A DNA stretch of 63,982 bases, filler included, from Octopus bimaculoides (Eukaryota), in NCBI RefSeq assembly GCF_001194135.2. It is 5 parts of 5 records of this genome, joined end to end, with 100 filler letters (N's around TTAATTAATTAA, not from the genome) between each part and the next. Parts side by side here need not be neighbours in the genome. Positions count along the whole stretch, not along the records: positions 1 to 25,736 come from NC_068987.1; 4 more parts are not named here. One strand, written 5' to 3'. The notes under the pieces were generated by a model. That model was not told where the DNA came from. It did no database searches and worked only from the letters and a program-made list of their open reading frames with translations. Position numbers and translations under genes: made by a program. Shown piece after piece: positions 1-14,470 of the stretch. The number at the start of each line of letters is the position of its first letter. Position 1 is the first letter of the stretch.

Positions 1-108
1 TATATGAGGTTATAATATATACATATATATTGTAACGACAGTCCGACCAAAGCACTGTCAATGGATTTCGTACATGGAAAGTAAAAGAAGACTGTCGTAT
101 ATATGTGA

Positions 109-167
<59 letters not shown>

Positions 168-2295
168 TAGCCCCACTATTGCTTCAAAACTGTTGTTTGC
201 TTTGTTTATGTTACCATAACTTAGCGGTTCGGCAAATGTCACTGATGGTATAAGTACTAAGCTTGTAGCTGCTGCTGATAGTGAAGATGATGATAACAGG
301 TTGGATTCTATGATCATGAAAACGAAGACATTTGGTGAAGTTTTCTGCAGGGTAATATTTGTAAGTGATGTTCTGAGGTTCGTTATCATTGTGCTAGCAA
401 TTATAGTGATACTCAAGATTACTACTCTCATTATAATTTTACAAATGCACATTCTGCTGGCGTTGCTAAAGTTATTGATATAGTTTATGTTTATGATAAC
501 AAATATAACGATGGTAACCATGAAAACAATAACAATACCAAAGCAATGATTATCATTAAGAAATTGAACGGTTATGATTAACTCATGAGCTGCTCAGATT
601 GTACAAGCTTATCGTAAAATACTTTCCAGACATGGTCATTTTATATACTTCTGTAACTAACAGGACACCGACCAGTGCTTCCAACCTGTATTAAAACGGT
701 GATGTAGTTTTATGAAGATGCCATGTATATGAAGATGCCGCTGATGTTTGTACTGCTTTCAATAACTGTTCGAGGCTACGTTGTTCATGTATTTGATGAT
801 AATAATTGCGATGATTGATTATTATCCTCATCATCAGCAGCAGTAGAACCAGAATCACCACCATCACCACGAGCAGCAGCAGCTGTAACACACCGATGTT
901 GTTTGCGTTGATTATTGAATATCCATGAATCCTTGTACAGTTACTGTTGCCTAAACATAATGTTTACGTAAATCAGATATTCTTTTCTGCCACCTTGTTC
1001 TGAATCTGTTATTTCGTACATGGATATATCAGAATGGCTTAAGGGGTCATGTTTCATTGATACACGTTACAGCAAAATATATCTACAACTGTTTAAGTAA
1101 CCGCACGTGTAAACCAGATACAAACCACTTTCATGTGTATTGGTTGTGGAAGGAAACAAAGGATCAGTTGGTGAAGATTCAAATCTTGGTCACGTTTTCG
1201 TGTACAACTAACAACCTTACACTGCGGTTTAGTGTAAATATATCATATGAGAAATGTAGTGATATGTTCAGTAAATGAGCGTAGTAAATTATTTTACATT
1301 CTGTTTCAACCGTTCCATCTCTAATACTGTTGGCTGATTGGTTTTGTAATGCATTTGTTTCAAATCAAGCAGTTTACAACTGAACATGAATGTTGTTGGT
1401 AAGTCTATACAGCTATGGGTGTCATAGTAGCAAAATTAACGTTTAGCATATTGTTTACTATCAGTCCATTGCAGCATTCATAACGCGTATAAACTTCCAT
1501 TTTGCACTTCAAGCCATATCTTTCTGAAGAATTTATGCAGCAAGAATTATTGAATTATTAGAAATCCATATTTGCTTCTTCGGTTTATATGATTATTTAT
1601 TGCTATTGTGTACACTATGTACAGTCACGATACAGAAAACTTTTTGAAAGAAAGAAGATATTTAAGAAATGAAAATGCGCTCACCTGTCTTGTATCTTTA
1701 GCNNNNNNNNNNNNNNNNNNNNNNNNNNNNNNNNNNNNNNNNNNNNNNNNNNNNNNNNNNNNNNNNNNNNNNNNNNNNNNNNNNNNNNNNNNNNNNNNNN
1801 NNNNNNNNNNNNNNNNNNNNNNNNNNNNNNNNNNNNNNNNNNNNNNNNNNNNNNNNNNNNNNNNNNNNNNNNNNNNNNNNNNNNNNNNNNNNNNNNNNNN
1901 NNNNNNNNNNNNNNNNNNNNNNNNNNNNNNNNNNNNNNNNNNNNNNNNNNNNNNNNNNNNNNNNNNNNNNNNNNNNNNNNNNNNNNNNNNNNNNNNNNNN
2001 NNNNNNNNNNNNNNNNNNNNNNNNNNNNNNNNNNNNNNNNNNNNNNNNNNNNNNNNNNNNNNNNNNNNNNNNNNNNNNNNNNNNNNNNNNNNNNNNNNNN
2101 NNNNNNNNNNNNNNNNNNNNNNNNNNNNNNNNNNNNNNNNNNNNATATATATATAGTGTAATTTAATATGCACCACATCGTTAACAGCAGCACAAACAAT
2201 GATACAAGTATAAGATGCGTGAAATACGGAGCAGGCATTTGAGAAAAGAGTACGAGTTATATCTAGAGTATATAAAAATAAATATATACATCTCT

Positions 2296-2549
2296 TTTAC
2301 CTCTTTTATTTGTTTCAATGATTAGACCGCGGCCATGCTGGAGTACCGCCTTGGCGAATTTTAGTCGAACTAATCGAAACCATTGCTTGTTTTCTTTTAA
2401 AGCCTGGTACTTTCGTTATCGGTGCTTAAGTCGAACTGTTAAGGTACTAGGACATAAACACGTCAACAATAGTTGTCAAGCGTTGGTGGGGTACAAGGAC
2501 AGACACAAATACACTCACCTACATACATACATACATACATCCACACACA

Positions 2550-2588
<39 letters not shown>

Positions 2589-2614
2589 GCATACATATAT
2601 GTATATATGAATAT

Positions 2615-2648
<34 letters not shown>

Positions 2649-2797
2649 GATGGCTTTACTTTAGTTTCCGTGTACCAAATCCATTTACAAGTATTTGATC
2701 GCACAGAGGCGATAGTAAAGACTACAGCCGACGGTGCCGTGCAGTAGGACTAAACACGGAACCAAGTGGTTGGGAAGCAATCTCTTTACCACGCAGC
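2296..2797 (-). mobile_element. tRNA-derived SINE family 1 (CORE-like), full length with internal microsatellite
   Basis: tRNA-like head, central block, (GT/TA)n, and 3' block TAACTTAGCGGTTCGGCAAA...GCTCCAGCATGGCCGC shared with other copies. Confidence 0.8.
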
Positions 2798-4304
2798 AAA
2801 TGAATACTTGTAAAATTGTAATCGGAATTACGTTAGTTATGAGATCATCACATAGAATTAGTATTACAAGGTGAATACTTCATGTGAGTCCCTATAAGAA
2901 CAGTTGGAATTTAAATTTAGAGAATTAGCGTCGCAAAATTTGACTTCCTATAAAGGTGTATAGGTATGGGAACAACAATTGAAAGCAATAACAGTTTATT
3001 AGATAGAAATGGCATTAGTGACAGGAAATGTACTGTAAATTTATTCATAAGTGCATACGTAAAAGTTTAAGGAAGATTAATAAATGATATGTTTAGACAT
3101 GCAATCTGATGTAGAAAGGTCGAAGTGACACAGATTTTGTTTCCCCATTTCTACAAATATATACACCAATACATACACACATACGCAGCATGTGCACGCA
3201 TAATATAATATAATCGATAGACTAGATGTTTTTTTTATATATATTTTCCTCGAATACTGGAAATGCCTTTAAGGAATGAAAAAAAACAAAATGCCGGAAA
3301 AGATAACAACTTCTGGCAATGGCTGGCATGTTATGTAATACGAAACTGAAGTAGCGTTTTTATTATACTTTGTAAAATCATTACGAAAGCTAACCGAATT
3401 ATACTATCTACAATAAATTCTGTATAGATATTAGTCTTTTTACTTTCTTGCATTCATACATAAAAATTCTTATACGGATTCATGCTACAAAAAAATAAAA
3501 TTCTAAAATGTCCATCATGTACTTTCATTGACGACCTTAATCTATATCGGAGTACAATTCAAGAATTGGTAATGTCATTCTGGTCCATCACAGGAATGAT
3601 GTGAACCGTAATGTTTGCGAGTAAAGCTGAAATGATAAAGAATAGTTCAGCAAACTTCGGGAAATATGGATTTGGGAGCGTGCTACATTCATTAAAACTA
3701 CAACGCACGGTATTTTCATTTTAACGTTGCTAGTAACAGCATTTGGGATACAAAGCTGGATATTTGAAACAATATTCAAATTTGGTTATGTATACATATG
3801 TAACTGCTTAGTACGAGCAACTGGGATATAATGCTGAACATTTGGAAAAAGTGCGAGGCCTATACAGCAGAGTTCTAAGTGTCCTCGTGTCGAAATGCAT
3901 CACACTAGTCGATACTCATATGGTATCTAAAGTAAAATGCCGTCGACAGCACAACCATGCATGAGAAAAGAACCTGAAATCATGATTAGCAAAATTATTA
4001 AATAGATTTCAACGTTTATCTGCGTGTAAATATGTGAGTATGTTTTACCTCTTCAATCCTATATATATGTTGAAGTTTATTGACTCTTTTCTGCGCCTAC
4101 TAATGGATTGCGGAAGCTGATTGTTATCAAACACAGACAGATCAACTACTAAATTCGCTGAGCAATGTGAAATAGACACGCCTGAATAAGCACAGAACTT
4201 TTTGAAACATTTATCTACCATTTTATCTCTCAGTAATTCTAAGTGCTATGAAATAGGTCAGCCCATTCAATCTAAACTTGGTTCCTCACTAATGTCTACC
4301 TAAA

Positions 4305-4308
4305 TTAT

Positions 4309-4356
<48 letters not shown>

Positions 4357-4359
4357 TTC

Positions 4360-4398
<39 letters not shown>

Positions 4399-4490
4399 GT
4401 CATGATCATCAGCATCATCATGATTATCATCATCAACTTTGTCATCACCATCATCATCCTCATCAGCATCATCGTTGTTGTTATTGCTAT
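4305..4490. repeat. (CAT)n imperfect microsatellite
   Basis: Direct reading. Confidence 0.95.
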
Positions 4491-4633
4491 TGATTTGTCT
4501 ATCCTTGCTGCAGTTATTATTACTATTGGCATACATATTATTTTAATATTATCAATAGTAATGTTATTGCTATATTTTATTTGTCTGACACAAACATACA
4601 TCATTAGCTACAAAGACAAGTTTTCGTAAGTGT

Positions 4634-4675
<42 letters not shown>

Positions 4676-4708
4676 GTGTGTGCGTGTGTGCGTGTGTGTG
4701 CTTGTACG

Positions 4709-4746
<38 letters not shown>

Positions 4747-5312
4747 AAGATATATTAATTCACTTTATTATGTGAGTGTACATAGTGAAGATAAGTGCAA
4801 CAAATTTTAATTCAAATCTGTGAAGTCAAGGCGCTATTTAGGTTAAATTTATTTTATCAGATACATGTATTCCCTATTTGTCTTCTATATTTAGATCGGC
4901 ATAAGAACTTCGTAAAAATCAATAGTGTAAGATCTTTAGATCTTTCTGTCTTCGTCCATTATGTGTATTTTATACATATTTCCTTCGAACAGACGTTAAA
5001 TAATCTCTCCACGTATCTGAAAATATATGTAGTCATAAAGACCTGGAAGTAGAATAAACCCTAATGCGATGCTTGAAATCACGACCAGATAAGAATTTCG
5101 GGAATGATAAATCAACATGCATTTAAGTGCATAACCGACAACGCAGGATGTAAAGGGCAAGTATGCAACAACAAAGGAAATATTATAAGTTATCCTTCAC
5201 TAATCCAATGGGTATTTTCAACGAAATATAATTTCCAAAACAAAAATATACTCACATCACACACATCTGTAATATGTACGTCTTTAAAACATGGTACGAA
5301 AGATGCTACTGC

Positions 5313-5369
<57 letters not shown>

Positions 5370-5382
5370 CATTATTATTATT

Positions 5383-7545
5383 GAGTACTCTTATGTTATC
5401 ACGCGCTTTCAGTGCAAAATCGAGCGAAGCTTTGTGTGCCTTGGGTATGTGCTGTGGTTTGTTGTGATGCTCTTATTGTTCCTGTATTGAAAGTGTTTTA
5501 CATAGGATTAGTGCGGGGCCTAGTAGTTCTATTTTCTCTATGTTATATATACTTCTAAACCCTGGTGTTTTTGTTATGTTTTTTACATTTTTTATCATCC
5601 TTGACGCGCCTACTTATGATAGGAATTATTTCTGTTCTCAGACTCCACATTCGAATTGCCCCTATTTCCAGGCCTTTGTATTCTGATAGCTTCTCCATTT
5701 CTGTTAGAGACACGTTGCTATCTGTTGGTATTGATACAGCGCTTAAAAAGCAATTTTTTTCCTGATAATCTCTGGAAATTATAACCGGCCTATTGGCGTT
5801 GATTTCTCTATCTTTGTGTATTGGCATATCCTATATTATGGTTCTTATCTCATGTTGTGTGTGCTTTTCTGGCGTGTGCCTATACCATCTATTTTCTGTT
5901 GTTATTCCATAGTGTAGGCATATCTTCGAGTGTATATAGATCCCAACCTTGTCGTATCGGTGAATATATTCCTTCTTCGTCAGGACTGGGCAATCAGAGA
6001 CAATATGTTTTATTGTTTGTAGTCCATCTCCACATATTCTGCACTTACTTTTTTATTTTCTTTTTCATTATATATTTTCGGTAATTTCTGGTGGAGAGGC
6101 TTTGGTCTTGTGCTGCAATAAGAAAAAAAAACCTTCAGTCTCTGTTTTGAGTTGTGAGCTTTTCAGCCATTATTGGGATTTTACTTTGTCAATTTATTTG
6201 CATTTATTTTAAACCAGCATTTGCCATTAAGTTGCTTTTCTTGCCATAGTTTTATCATGTTCCGTTGCTGTTCCAGTTTTAGTTTGGATTTCTGTTGTTT
6301 TACAGCTTTTGTTGCTTCTTCTTTTCGTCATAGTTGTTAGGTAGCATGACTTCGTTTTTGTGTTTATCAGCTTCCTTGAAGCTTAACAACAGTTTGTAGT
6401 GATTTGTGGCTATTTGTATTAGTCTTCATTGCGTCAGAGGAATGTGTTTTTGAAGTCCCATGGTGGATATTTTGAAATAGTTGTATAAGGCATCCACCAC
6501 CTTCCATACGTTGTATATATAGCATTTTTTATGTCAGATTTTGGGTGGTGCATCTTATATCCCGTCATTATTTTTGTTCTTATATGCCTGTCTATTTTGA
6601 TTAGTTCATCAACCCTTCTGCTCATATAGCAGGACTCCATTTTCCCAGATGTCCGTACATTGACTGTTTGACTATTCCTGTCAATGATTTCCACAAACGT
6701 GGCAAGCTGGATATCGGCCTCAAATTGTCTACCGTATTGATTTTTCGATGTTTTTCAAGCACAGCTCTGTCCTACCCATTGTCAAGCACTCTGGTGTTTT
6801 GTGGACGGCATTTACCAAGGTGTTGAGTTGTGCAGCTATTCGTGCATGACATTCACCAAAACTTGCGATCTAATAAATAGCCTTGAGGTCCATCTGGTCC
6901 CGGAGACTTACAGTTGCCCATTTTTTGCTCATATCATTCACTTCCCCGACTCAAATGACTAGATCTGTTTGTTTTAGACAGTCTACAGTTTGTTTCAGTT
7001 CTTGGAACAATTCAACATCATTGTGCTCCTCCTTGACTTTGCTTCAGATGTCACTCCAAAACCTTTGATTTTCAGTATAATCTGGTTTCAACTTTTCATC
7101 TGTACACTCTCCATTTAATTCTTTGTAGAATCTCTTCTGATCTACTCTGAATAATCTATTCTGCTGGTATCTCTTCATGCTTGGTTGTATCTTACCATCC
7201 TTGCTTTCTTGGCAAGGAGTGTCTGTTTCAGTTCCTCCATTATTACTTTCAGGCATTTTCTTTCAGTATCATACTCCCTGTTCAGTGTCCTGTATTATTT
7301 TCAGCTTTTACGCGCCCCCATCTCTTTTCGGTGCAACACAAAACATATCCATCGCGAGCATATCTAACCACGATTGTGTTCTTCTTTTCCACCATGGGCA
7401 TTCTCTTTTTTCACTTCCATTATATTTCTTTTCCTTGACATCAACACCTACAACAATACTTGCTACCTTGATCACAGTATTTGTTTCTCTGATGTCTTTT
7501 GTGATGATGCATTTGAGAATTTCATTCGCATATAGGCATATTTTA
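5383..7545 (-). mobile_element. R4/Dong-clade LINE, 5'-truncated with internal deletion
   Basis: QNRLFRVDQKRFYKE, HHPKSD and EKLSEYKGLEI...IIPII homologous to the 28.4-31.6 kb copy. 3' tail runs into (TAT)n. Confidence 0.88.
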
Positions 7546-7775
7546 TAATAATATAGGGTATTTTATAATGATATCCGGTTTATTCGCTTTTATAAGTTTG
7601 TCGATATGTACGGGGAAGTCCCAGAAAATTGGCATCTTTTCCCCTCAGTCACAGCTTCAGGATAGGGTTTATACCATTTGTCAGCGGTTTTGATTTTATA
7701 ATGCCGTCATATTATCGAGTGTAAATACTGGCCGACTCTGTCATGTCTTGCTTTATATTCTCCAGGTGCTAAGAT
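7545..7775 (-). mobile_element. Separate R4/Dong endonuclease-region fragment
   Basis: ILAPGEYKARHDRVGQY...KANKPDII on the minus strand. Confidence 0.7.
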
Positions 7776-7825
7776 TATTGTTGTTGTTGTTGTTGTTATT
7801 ATTATTATTATTATTATTATTAATA

Positions 7826-7856
<31 letters not shown>

Positions 7857-7876
7857 TATTATTATTATTATTACTA

Positions 7877-7907
<31 letters not shown>

Positions 7908-8260
7908 TATTATTATTATTATTATTATTACTATTCAGTAGTTTTATNNNNNNNNNNNNNNNNNNNNNNNNNNNNNNNNNNNNNNNNNNNNNNNNNNNNN
8001 NNNNNNNNNNNNNNNNNNNNNNNNNNNNNNNNNNNNNNNNNNNNNNNNNNNNNNNNNNNNNNNNNNNNNNNNNNNNNNNNNNNNNNNNNNNNNNNNNNNN
8101 NNNNNNNNNNNNNNNNNNNNNNNNNNNNNNNNNNNNNNNNNNNNNNNNNNNNNNNNNNNNNNNNNNNNNNNNNNNNNNNNNNNNNNNNNNNNNNNNNNNN
8201 NNNNNNNNNNNNNNNNNNNNNNNNNNNNNNNNNNNNTATTATTATTATTATTATTATTAC

Positions 8261-8351
<91 letters not shown>

Positions 8352-8390
8352 GTTATTACTATTATTACCATCACCATCATCATCATCCTT
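7776..8390. repeat. (ATT)n array spanning an N gap
   Basis: Direct reading. Confidence 0.95.
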
Positions 8391-8639
8391 CTCTCTCTTT
8401 CCTTCGTTTTTTTCTGTCGTCTTGTTTTTTTTCTACTTTTTCTGTCTTTTTCTTTTCGCCTTTTATAAAATTGTAATTTAAAAACTGATGATGTCATTCT
8501 ATCAACGTGTGGACGCTAGTTGCTCTTGTTCATATTTCACGTTTAAATTTCTGTAATTTTGAATTTTTATCACTTCTTATTTTGAACTTGCTATGGCAAG
8601 GGTAGTGTGGATAGTGGTGAGGGGATATCCAAGTAGGAT

Positions 8640-10700
8640 AAAGTAGCGAGCCATGAGTTGAGACACAGTCTCAAAGTCATTGTCGGAGGAATTGGTAATA
8701 GGGGATGGAAAGCTTGGTGTTTTTAGGGTGGGAGAAGGAGAATGTTAGGTATGAGTGTGAATCTGTGCGTCTGTAGTGGATGGAGGTGGTAAGAGTGGAG
8801 TGATGAATGCTGACCGAAATGTCAAGAAAGGAGACACAGGTGTCGGAGATAGTGCAAGAGAAGTGGAGAGCAAGATGGAAAGATTTGACAAAAGAGTGGA
8901 AGGAGACTAGATGTTCGCGAGAGAGTGAGGTTGCACAGATACAGTCGTCAATATAACGGCCATATAGTTCGGGAGTGGGACCAGAGAAACTTGAAAATAT
9001 GTGCGCGTCAACATAGCCAACGAAGAGGTTCGCATAGTTCGGGCCCATTCTCGTTCCCATGGCCACACCTGAGATTGCTGGTAGAAATCGTCCACGAACG
9101 AGAAGCAATTGAGTGAGAGGACAAGTTCGGCCAGACGAAAGTGTGTGGAGGTGTCGGGTTGGGGGTTGGGTCGGAGGTAAAAGAAATGTTTAAGTGCAAT
9201 CAGTCCCTCGTGGTGAGGTATCACCATTTAGAGGCTCTGGATGTCGAGAGTGAAGAGAAGTTTAGGGGGACCAGGAGGGAAGGAGAAAGAGTTGAACAAG
9301 CGAAGCGCGTGGTTGGTGTCATGGGTGCGAGAGAGGGAGAGAAGCCACTAGTGGTGGGCAAGTACACGGTCAAGATATTTGGAGATAAGCTCGGTGAGGC
9401 AGTTACAGGCGGAGACGATAGAGCGGCCAAGGTTGTTAGGTTTGTGGATTGGGCGGAGGAAGTAAATGGTGGGGGTGCGTGGGATGCGGACAATGAGGTC
9501 CGGAGGAGTGGTGGTTAGACGGCAGGAGGATATGAGGTAATGGATAGTGGAGGACAGTCTGTTGGTAGCTTGGCGTGGGGTGAGAGAGCAGAGAGCAATA
9601 GAAGGTGGTGTCTAGAAGGTGGTGTCTAGAAGTTGGCGGAGAGCTTCGGCCTTGTAGAGGTCCGAGAGCCATACCACCACGGCTCCACCCTTGTCGGCCG
9701 GTTTTATAATGATGTCAGTGTGGCGTCGGAGTGCCGAGAGTTCAGCTAGGGAGATGTTGAGACGACAGGGGGACCTGGAATAGTTAAACCGGTCCACAGC
9801 GCGCTGGCTGGCTCCGGCAAAAAGATCAACTGCGTGGAACTGGTCAGGAGCAGGCGTCCACTGGGATGGTCGGCGGCCCAGGTCGGTGAAGCAGTCCTCC
9901 TCGTTAGATGTGAGTGGATTGTCGCGGAAAAGAGCACACAACCTAACACGGGGCACAACGCTGTGGATATCAGAACGAGTTCGAAATTCGTTGCAGGATG
10001 TAGTGAGGGGGATGAAACGTAGACCACCTTCTGAGTATAGAGCGTTCCACCTCAGAGAGTGGAATATCTGGAGAAATGGTAACAACAGACTAAAGTGGAT
10101 AAGAGGTGGATGGAATAGAAATAGGACGGATGTATTGGGTAGAGGTAGGATGGGTGGTAGGGCTGATGGAAGGCTTGGAGGGAGAAGGGTAGTGGAAGAG
10201 TTGAGGTAGTGGCATCGGATGTGATAGAATGGAATGAGTGGAATTTACGAAGTTTGGTGTTGGCAAGAAATTGATGAAATAGATGATTTAGATGAATGAT
10301 ATAACGCAACGTGTTGTGACCATGGGAAGGCGACAGAGAGGAGAAAAATATGGAAAAAGCCGGAGGTAGAAGGTGGTCGATGGTATGGATTTTAGAGAGA
10401 TTGAAGCGAATGATGGCACGCATAATGCGGTAAGATGTAGTACGGAGTATGGGTAGGATGGTTGTAGCAGAGTGAGAGTGGTGTGAACATGGAGGTGGAA
10501 ACTTTTAGGGATGAGGCAGTTATGGAAGCAGCGACTGAGAAACGAAATGTTGCTAGAGAAACGAGTTTGTTTCTTTAAATGAGTAAAGAAAGGTTACTGG
10601 GAGGCTGAAAGCAGTGGGAAGGAAGTGTGTGGAGGTGTTGTTTTAGTTGGTTTTGAAGAGTGAGGAGGAAAGATTTGTAGTCTGACATGATAGTACGAGA
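8640..10700 (-). mobile_element. Penelope-like element, frameshifted RT
   Basis: PLE RT motifs KPADKGGAVVVW, IPHHEGL, GVAMGTRMGPNYANLF, RYIDD, FLDI, YRRTDSHSYL and HP spread across several frames. No GIY-YIG domain visible. Confidence 0.92.
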
Positions 10701-11044
10701 AAAAAAATTACGTGGGGGGAGGAAACTAAACGTGGAAAACAAAAGTTCAAAAGGTGCGGGGAGAAAAAATGAAAAAGACGTGAGGAGAAGAAATTATATG
10801 CGAGGTGGGAGAAGAAAATAAAAACAGAGAAAGAAAAGGTGAAGATGGAACGAATAAAGAAAAAGTGGGGAGATAGGCAGAAGAGAAGACGAAAGGAGAA
10901 AAGAAATGGAGGGAGAAGGAGGCAAAGTAACAGGTGCAGATTAGAGAAAACAGAGTAAGAACATCCAGAGTAGGAAGAAACAGCAAGAGGAAAGAACTGA
11001 AACTACAGGAAAGTTAAGAAAGTACAAAGATAATAACAATAACG

Positions 11045-11093
<49 letters not shown>

Positions 11094-11549
11094 NNNNNNN
11101 NNNNNNNNNNNNNNNNNNNNNNNNNNNNNNNNNNNNNNNNNNNNNNNNNNNNNNNNNNNNNNNNNNNNNNNNNNNNNNNNNNNNNNNNNNNNNNNNNNNN
11201 NNNNNNNNNNNNNNNNNNNNNNNNNNNNNNNNNNNNNNNNNNNNNNNNNNNNNNNNNNNNNNNNNNNNNNNNNNNNNNNNNNNNNNNNNNNNNNNNNNNN
11301 NNNNNNNNNNNNNNNNNNNNNNNNNNNNNNNNNNNNNNNNNNNNNNNNNNNNNNNNNNNNNNNNNNNNNNNNNNNNNNNNNNNNNNNNNNNNNNNNNNNN
11401 NNNNNNNNNNNNNNNNNNNNNNNNNNNNNNNNNNNNNNAGTAACCATAAGAGAACCACAGCAAACCACAGCACATACCCAAGGCGCACAGAGCTGCGCTC
11501 GGTAGTGAAGTGAAAGCACGTTATAAAAATAAAACTACTGAACAACAAC

Positions 11550-11594
<45 letters not shown>

Positions 11595-11917
11595 CGTATA
11601 TAAAATTCAAAATGTACAAAGGCTTCAGGCGTCGTGGTGTATTGGAGCGAATTCTCATCAACAGAAGAGTCCATAGTAATCCATAGGCAGGAGAGGTGCA
11701 GCCAGAGTTTAGAAACGCCAAAATAGAATTCGTAAAATGTAGAAATGTTGAAAGTCCATTGGAGAAGTTCGTGGGTGATGAGAGGAGACGGGATCGACTG
11801 GTGCGACCACGTGAGCGTGTGATATATATAGGGAGAATTCACAAAAAAGAAAGACGAAGATAGGTGGTGTAGAAAACAAACAGATGTATTAGTATAACGC
11901 TCGGGAATTGAAAGATT

Positions 11918-11954
11918 ATTTCACGTTTCGAGCCTACGCTCTTCCACAGAAAAG
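11918..11954 (-). ncRNA. Hammerhead-like motif, family C (non-canonical or decayed)
   Basis: TTTT CTGTGGA A GAGC GTAG GCTC GAAAC GTG AAA: helix II intact, A6 replaced by U, GUG triplet. Upstream of a same-strand PLE RT. Confidence 0.5.
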
Positions 11955-12084
11955 AACACAGACTATTTTTATATATACTGATGTTCATATCATTGAAGTT
12001 TTAAATTTCTGATTTTTGTCCTTTTCTTTTTATAACTTTTGCAGTGGTTTACAGTTTTTGTAATTGTACAGTTCTTCCTTGATT

Positions 12085-12191
12085 CTTCTTCTTCTTCTTT
12101 TTCTTCTTCTTCTTTTTCTTCTTCTTCTTCTTCTTCTTCTTCTTCTTCTTCTTCTTCTTCTTCTTCTTCTTCTTCTTCTTCTTCTTCTTCT
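12085..12191. repeat. (TTC)n microsatellite
   Basis: Direct reading. Confidence 0.97.
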
Positions 12192-12579
12192 NNNNNNNNN
12201 NNNNNNNNNNNNNNNNNNNNNNNNNNNNNNNNNNNNNNNNNNNNNNNNNNNNNNNNNNNNNNNNNNNNNNNNNNNNNNNNNNNNNNNNNNNNNNNNNNNN
12301 NNNNNNNNNNNNNNNNNNNNNNNNNNNNNNNNNNNNNNNNNNNNNNNNNNNNNNNNNNNNNNNNNNNNNNNNNNNNNNNNNNNNNNNNNNNNNNNNNNNN
12401 NNNNNNNNNNNNNNNNNNNNNNNNNNNNNNNNNNNNNNNNNNNNNNNNNNNNNNNNNNNNNNNNNNNNNNNNNNNNNNNNNNNNNNNNNNNNNNNNNNNN
12501 NNNNNNNNNNNNNNNNNNNNNNNNNNNNNNNNNNNNNNNNNNNNNNNNNNNNNNNNNNNNNNNNNNNNNNNNTTGTAAG

Positions 12580-14470
12580 TTCTGGTGTAATTGTTATGTA
12601 TTTGTCTGAATATTTTTTTATCATACCTAATGTGCCTACTATGATAGGAATTGTTTGTTTTTAGATTATACATCCCCACGGTTTGGGTTTGTTCTTTTTT
12701 GTCTAAATTCGTTTTTTGTTGAAAATGTTACGTTTGTCTTCGTGTTGTACTATCTCAGTGTTTATATTATTTGGCATTGTTGTGTGCCTACTATCTACAT
12801 TTTCCTGATGTATGTTTCCTTTTAATTTTTCTATTTCTATTTCTGATTTTTTTTTTCTGCTTTGAGAATATATCTTACTATGTTAGCTATTTTATTGGGG
12901 TTCATTGCTGTATCCAAGTCTTTATTTAGGTTATTTTTCTTCCATATTTTATATGTATATGTTGTTCAGTTTTCGTTCTCTGGGTAGAGCACTGCTGTAA
13001 AATAAGCGTGTAGGATTGAAATATACTCTTCACGTGTCCCTTTATGCAGTTTTGGTTTTATTTGCAGGACATGAGGAAAAATTTCCATGCCCTTTATTTT
13101 GACGGTCATCGTTTTTGTAGGGTACCGGTCCGTTCATTTCTGATGTTAAATTGTTTTGCACGTGTATTTTTACGTATAATTTTTGTAACAAGTTTAAAGT
13201 ACGCACTTCCCAATTGTTATTCTTGGGTTGAATAAAACCGGTATATTTAATTTATTTGTAATTCTTTTGTACTTGTTTTTGGGGGCCGGAGATGACCTGG
13301 TGTTCATAGATCGTAATGTATTAAACGTGTTTATATGTGCTTTGTGTGCAGTGGAGATGATATCCAGTTAAAATACATCATTTGATTTGGAAAATAGAAA
13401 TAAATTCCAATTGGTATTACTCGGATATAGTCCAACCTTTGTCAGCTACTTTTGGCTCCATGTGATGTCTTTTTGAGTTGGCCCCAAGTGCACCGATCAC
13501 AATAGGCTCAGCAATCACTCTTCAGGCTCTATGGATTCTTTTAACTTCCAGTCGTAGCTCTTGGTACTTCCCAACTTACTTATTTTCTGTCTTAAAAATA
13601 TTTCGCTTTGCAGGTATAGCACGGTGATATCTGGTCAGTTATGTTGCAGCATTTTTTTGTCTGCGTATATTGGTATATCACACATGAGTTACTTCTGATT
13701 ATTCTCTGCCACTGGCAAAAGCTAGTGCTCATACCTCTTGTTGGACTATTTTAGTCCATATCACTTGCACGGCTCACAATGTATTCGCACTGCTCCTTTG
13801 TCATGGATTTTTTATACTCTTTCTTTGTGTTGTAGTGCGCATGCACTAATTATATTACTAGCTGTCTCATGATTTTCCACATTGGTTACAAAATGGTGAT
13901 GATGCTGTCATATCAGAGTTATACATGATTTGAATTTGTACATAAAGCTTCATCTTGAGCGGTAAAAGTCAGTTCTCTTGTCTCCTTCTTTAAAAATCCA
14001 CGACTTAACTATCTCCTGTATTTTCTTCATTAACTTCATCGGATAAATGTTCGAAACACTCTCCGTGTAGGATTTCTTTCTTTCTAGTTGATGAACTTTC
14101 CTCTATAAACCCTCATATTGTACTTCTGGAGAGTCTCTGATCACCTTCTGATTCAATATAGCCCAAAATATTCTTTTATCACAGTTTCTCAGATAGGCGT
14201 GCAAGGATTTGATCACCTTCACACAATTATGGTCTATTCAGACCTGTCCATAGCTTTGCCACGTTACTTGTAATATGGATGTACCCACGCACAGGCATTA
14301 ATTTCTTTGTTTTTTCCTTTGTCCATTCTTTTGTACATTCCACAAATCTTGAGTTGTAACGTATCCCACTTACAGCCCATGTGTTGATGCATCTAATGAG
14401 TCTCCCCCCATTTAGTTTAAATTTTCATAACTTTTAAGTCTGCTTGTATATTGAGAAGAAATTTCGTTCT
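12580..14470 (-). mobile_element. R4/Dong-like LINE, 3' portion, heavily decayed
   Basis: RCINTWAVSGIRY (RT thumb) near 14400 and TIPIIVGTLGM (end of endonuclease) near 12630. Confidence 0.7.
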
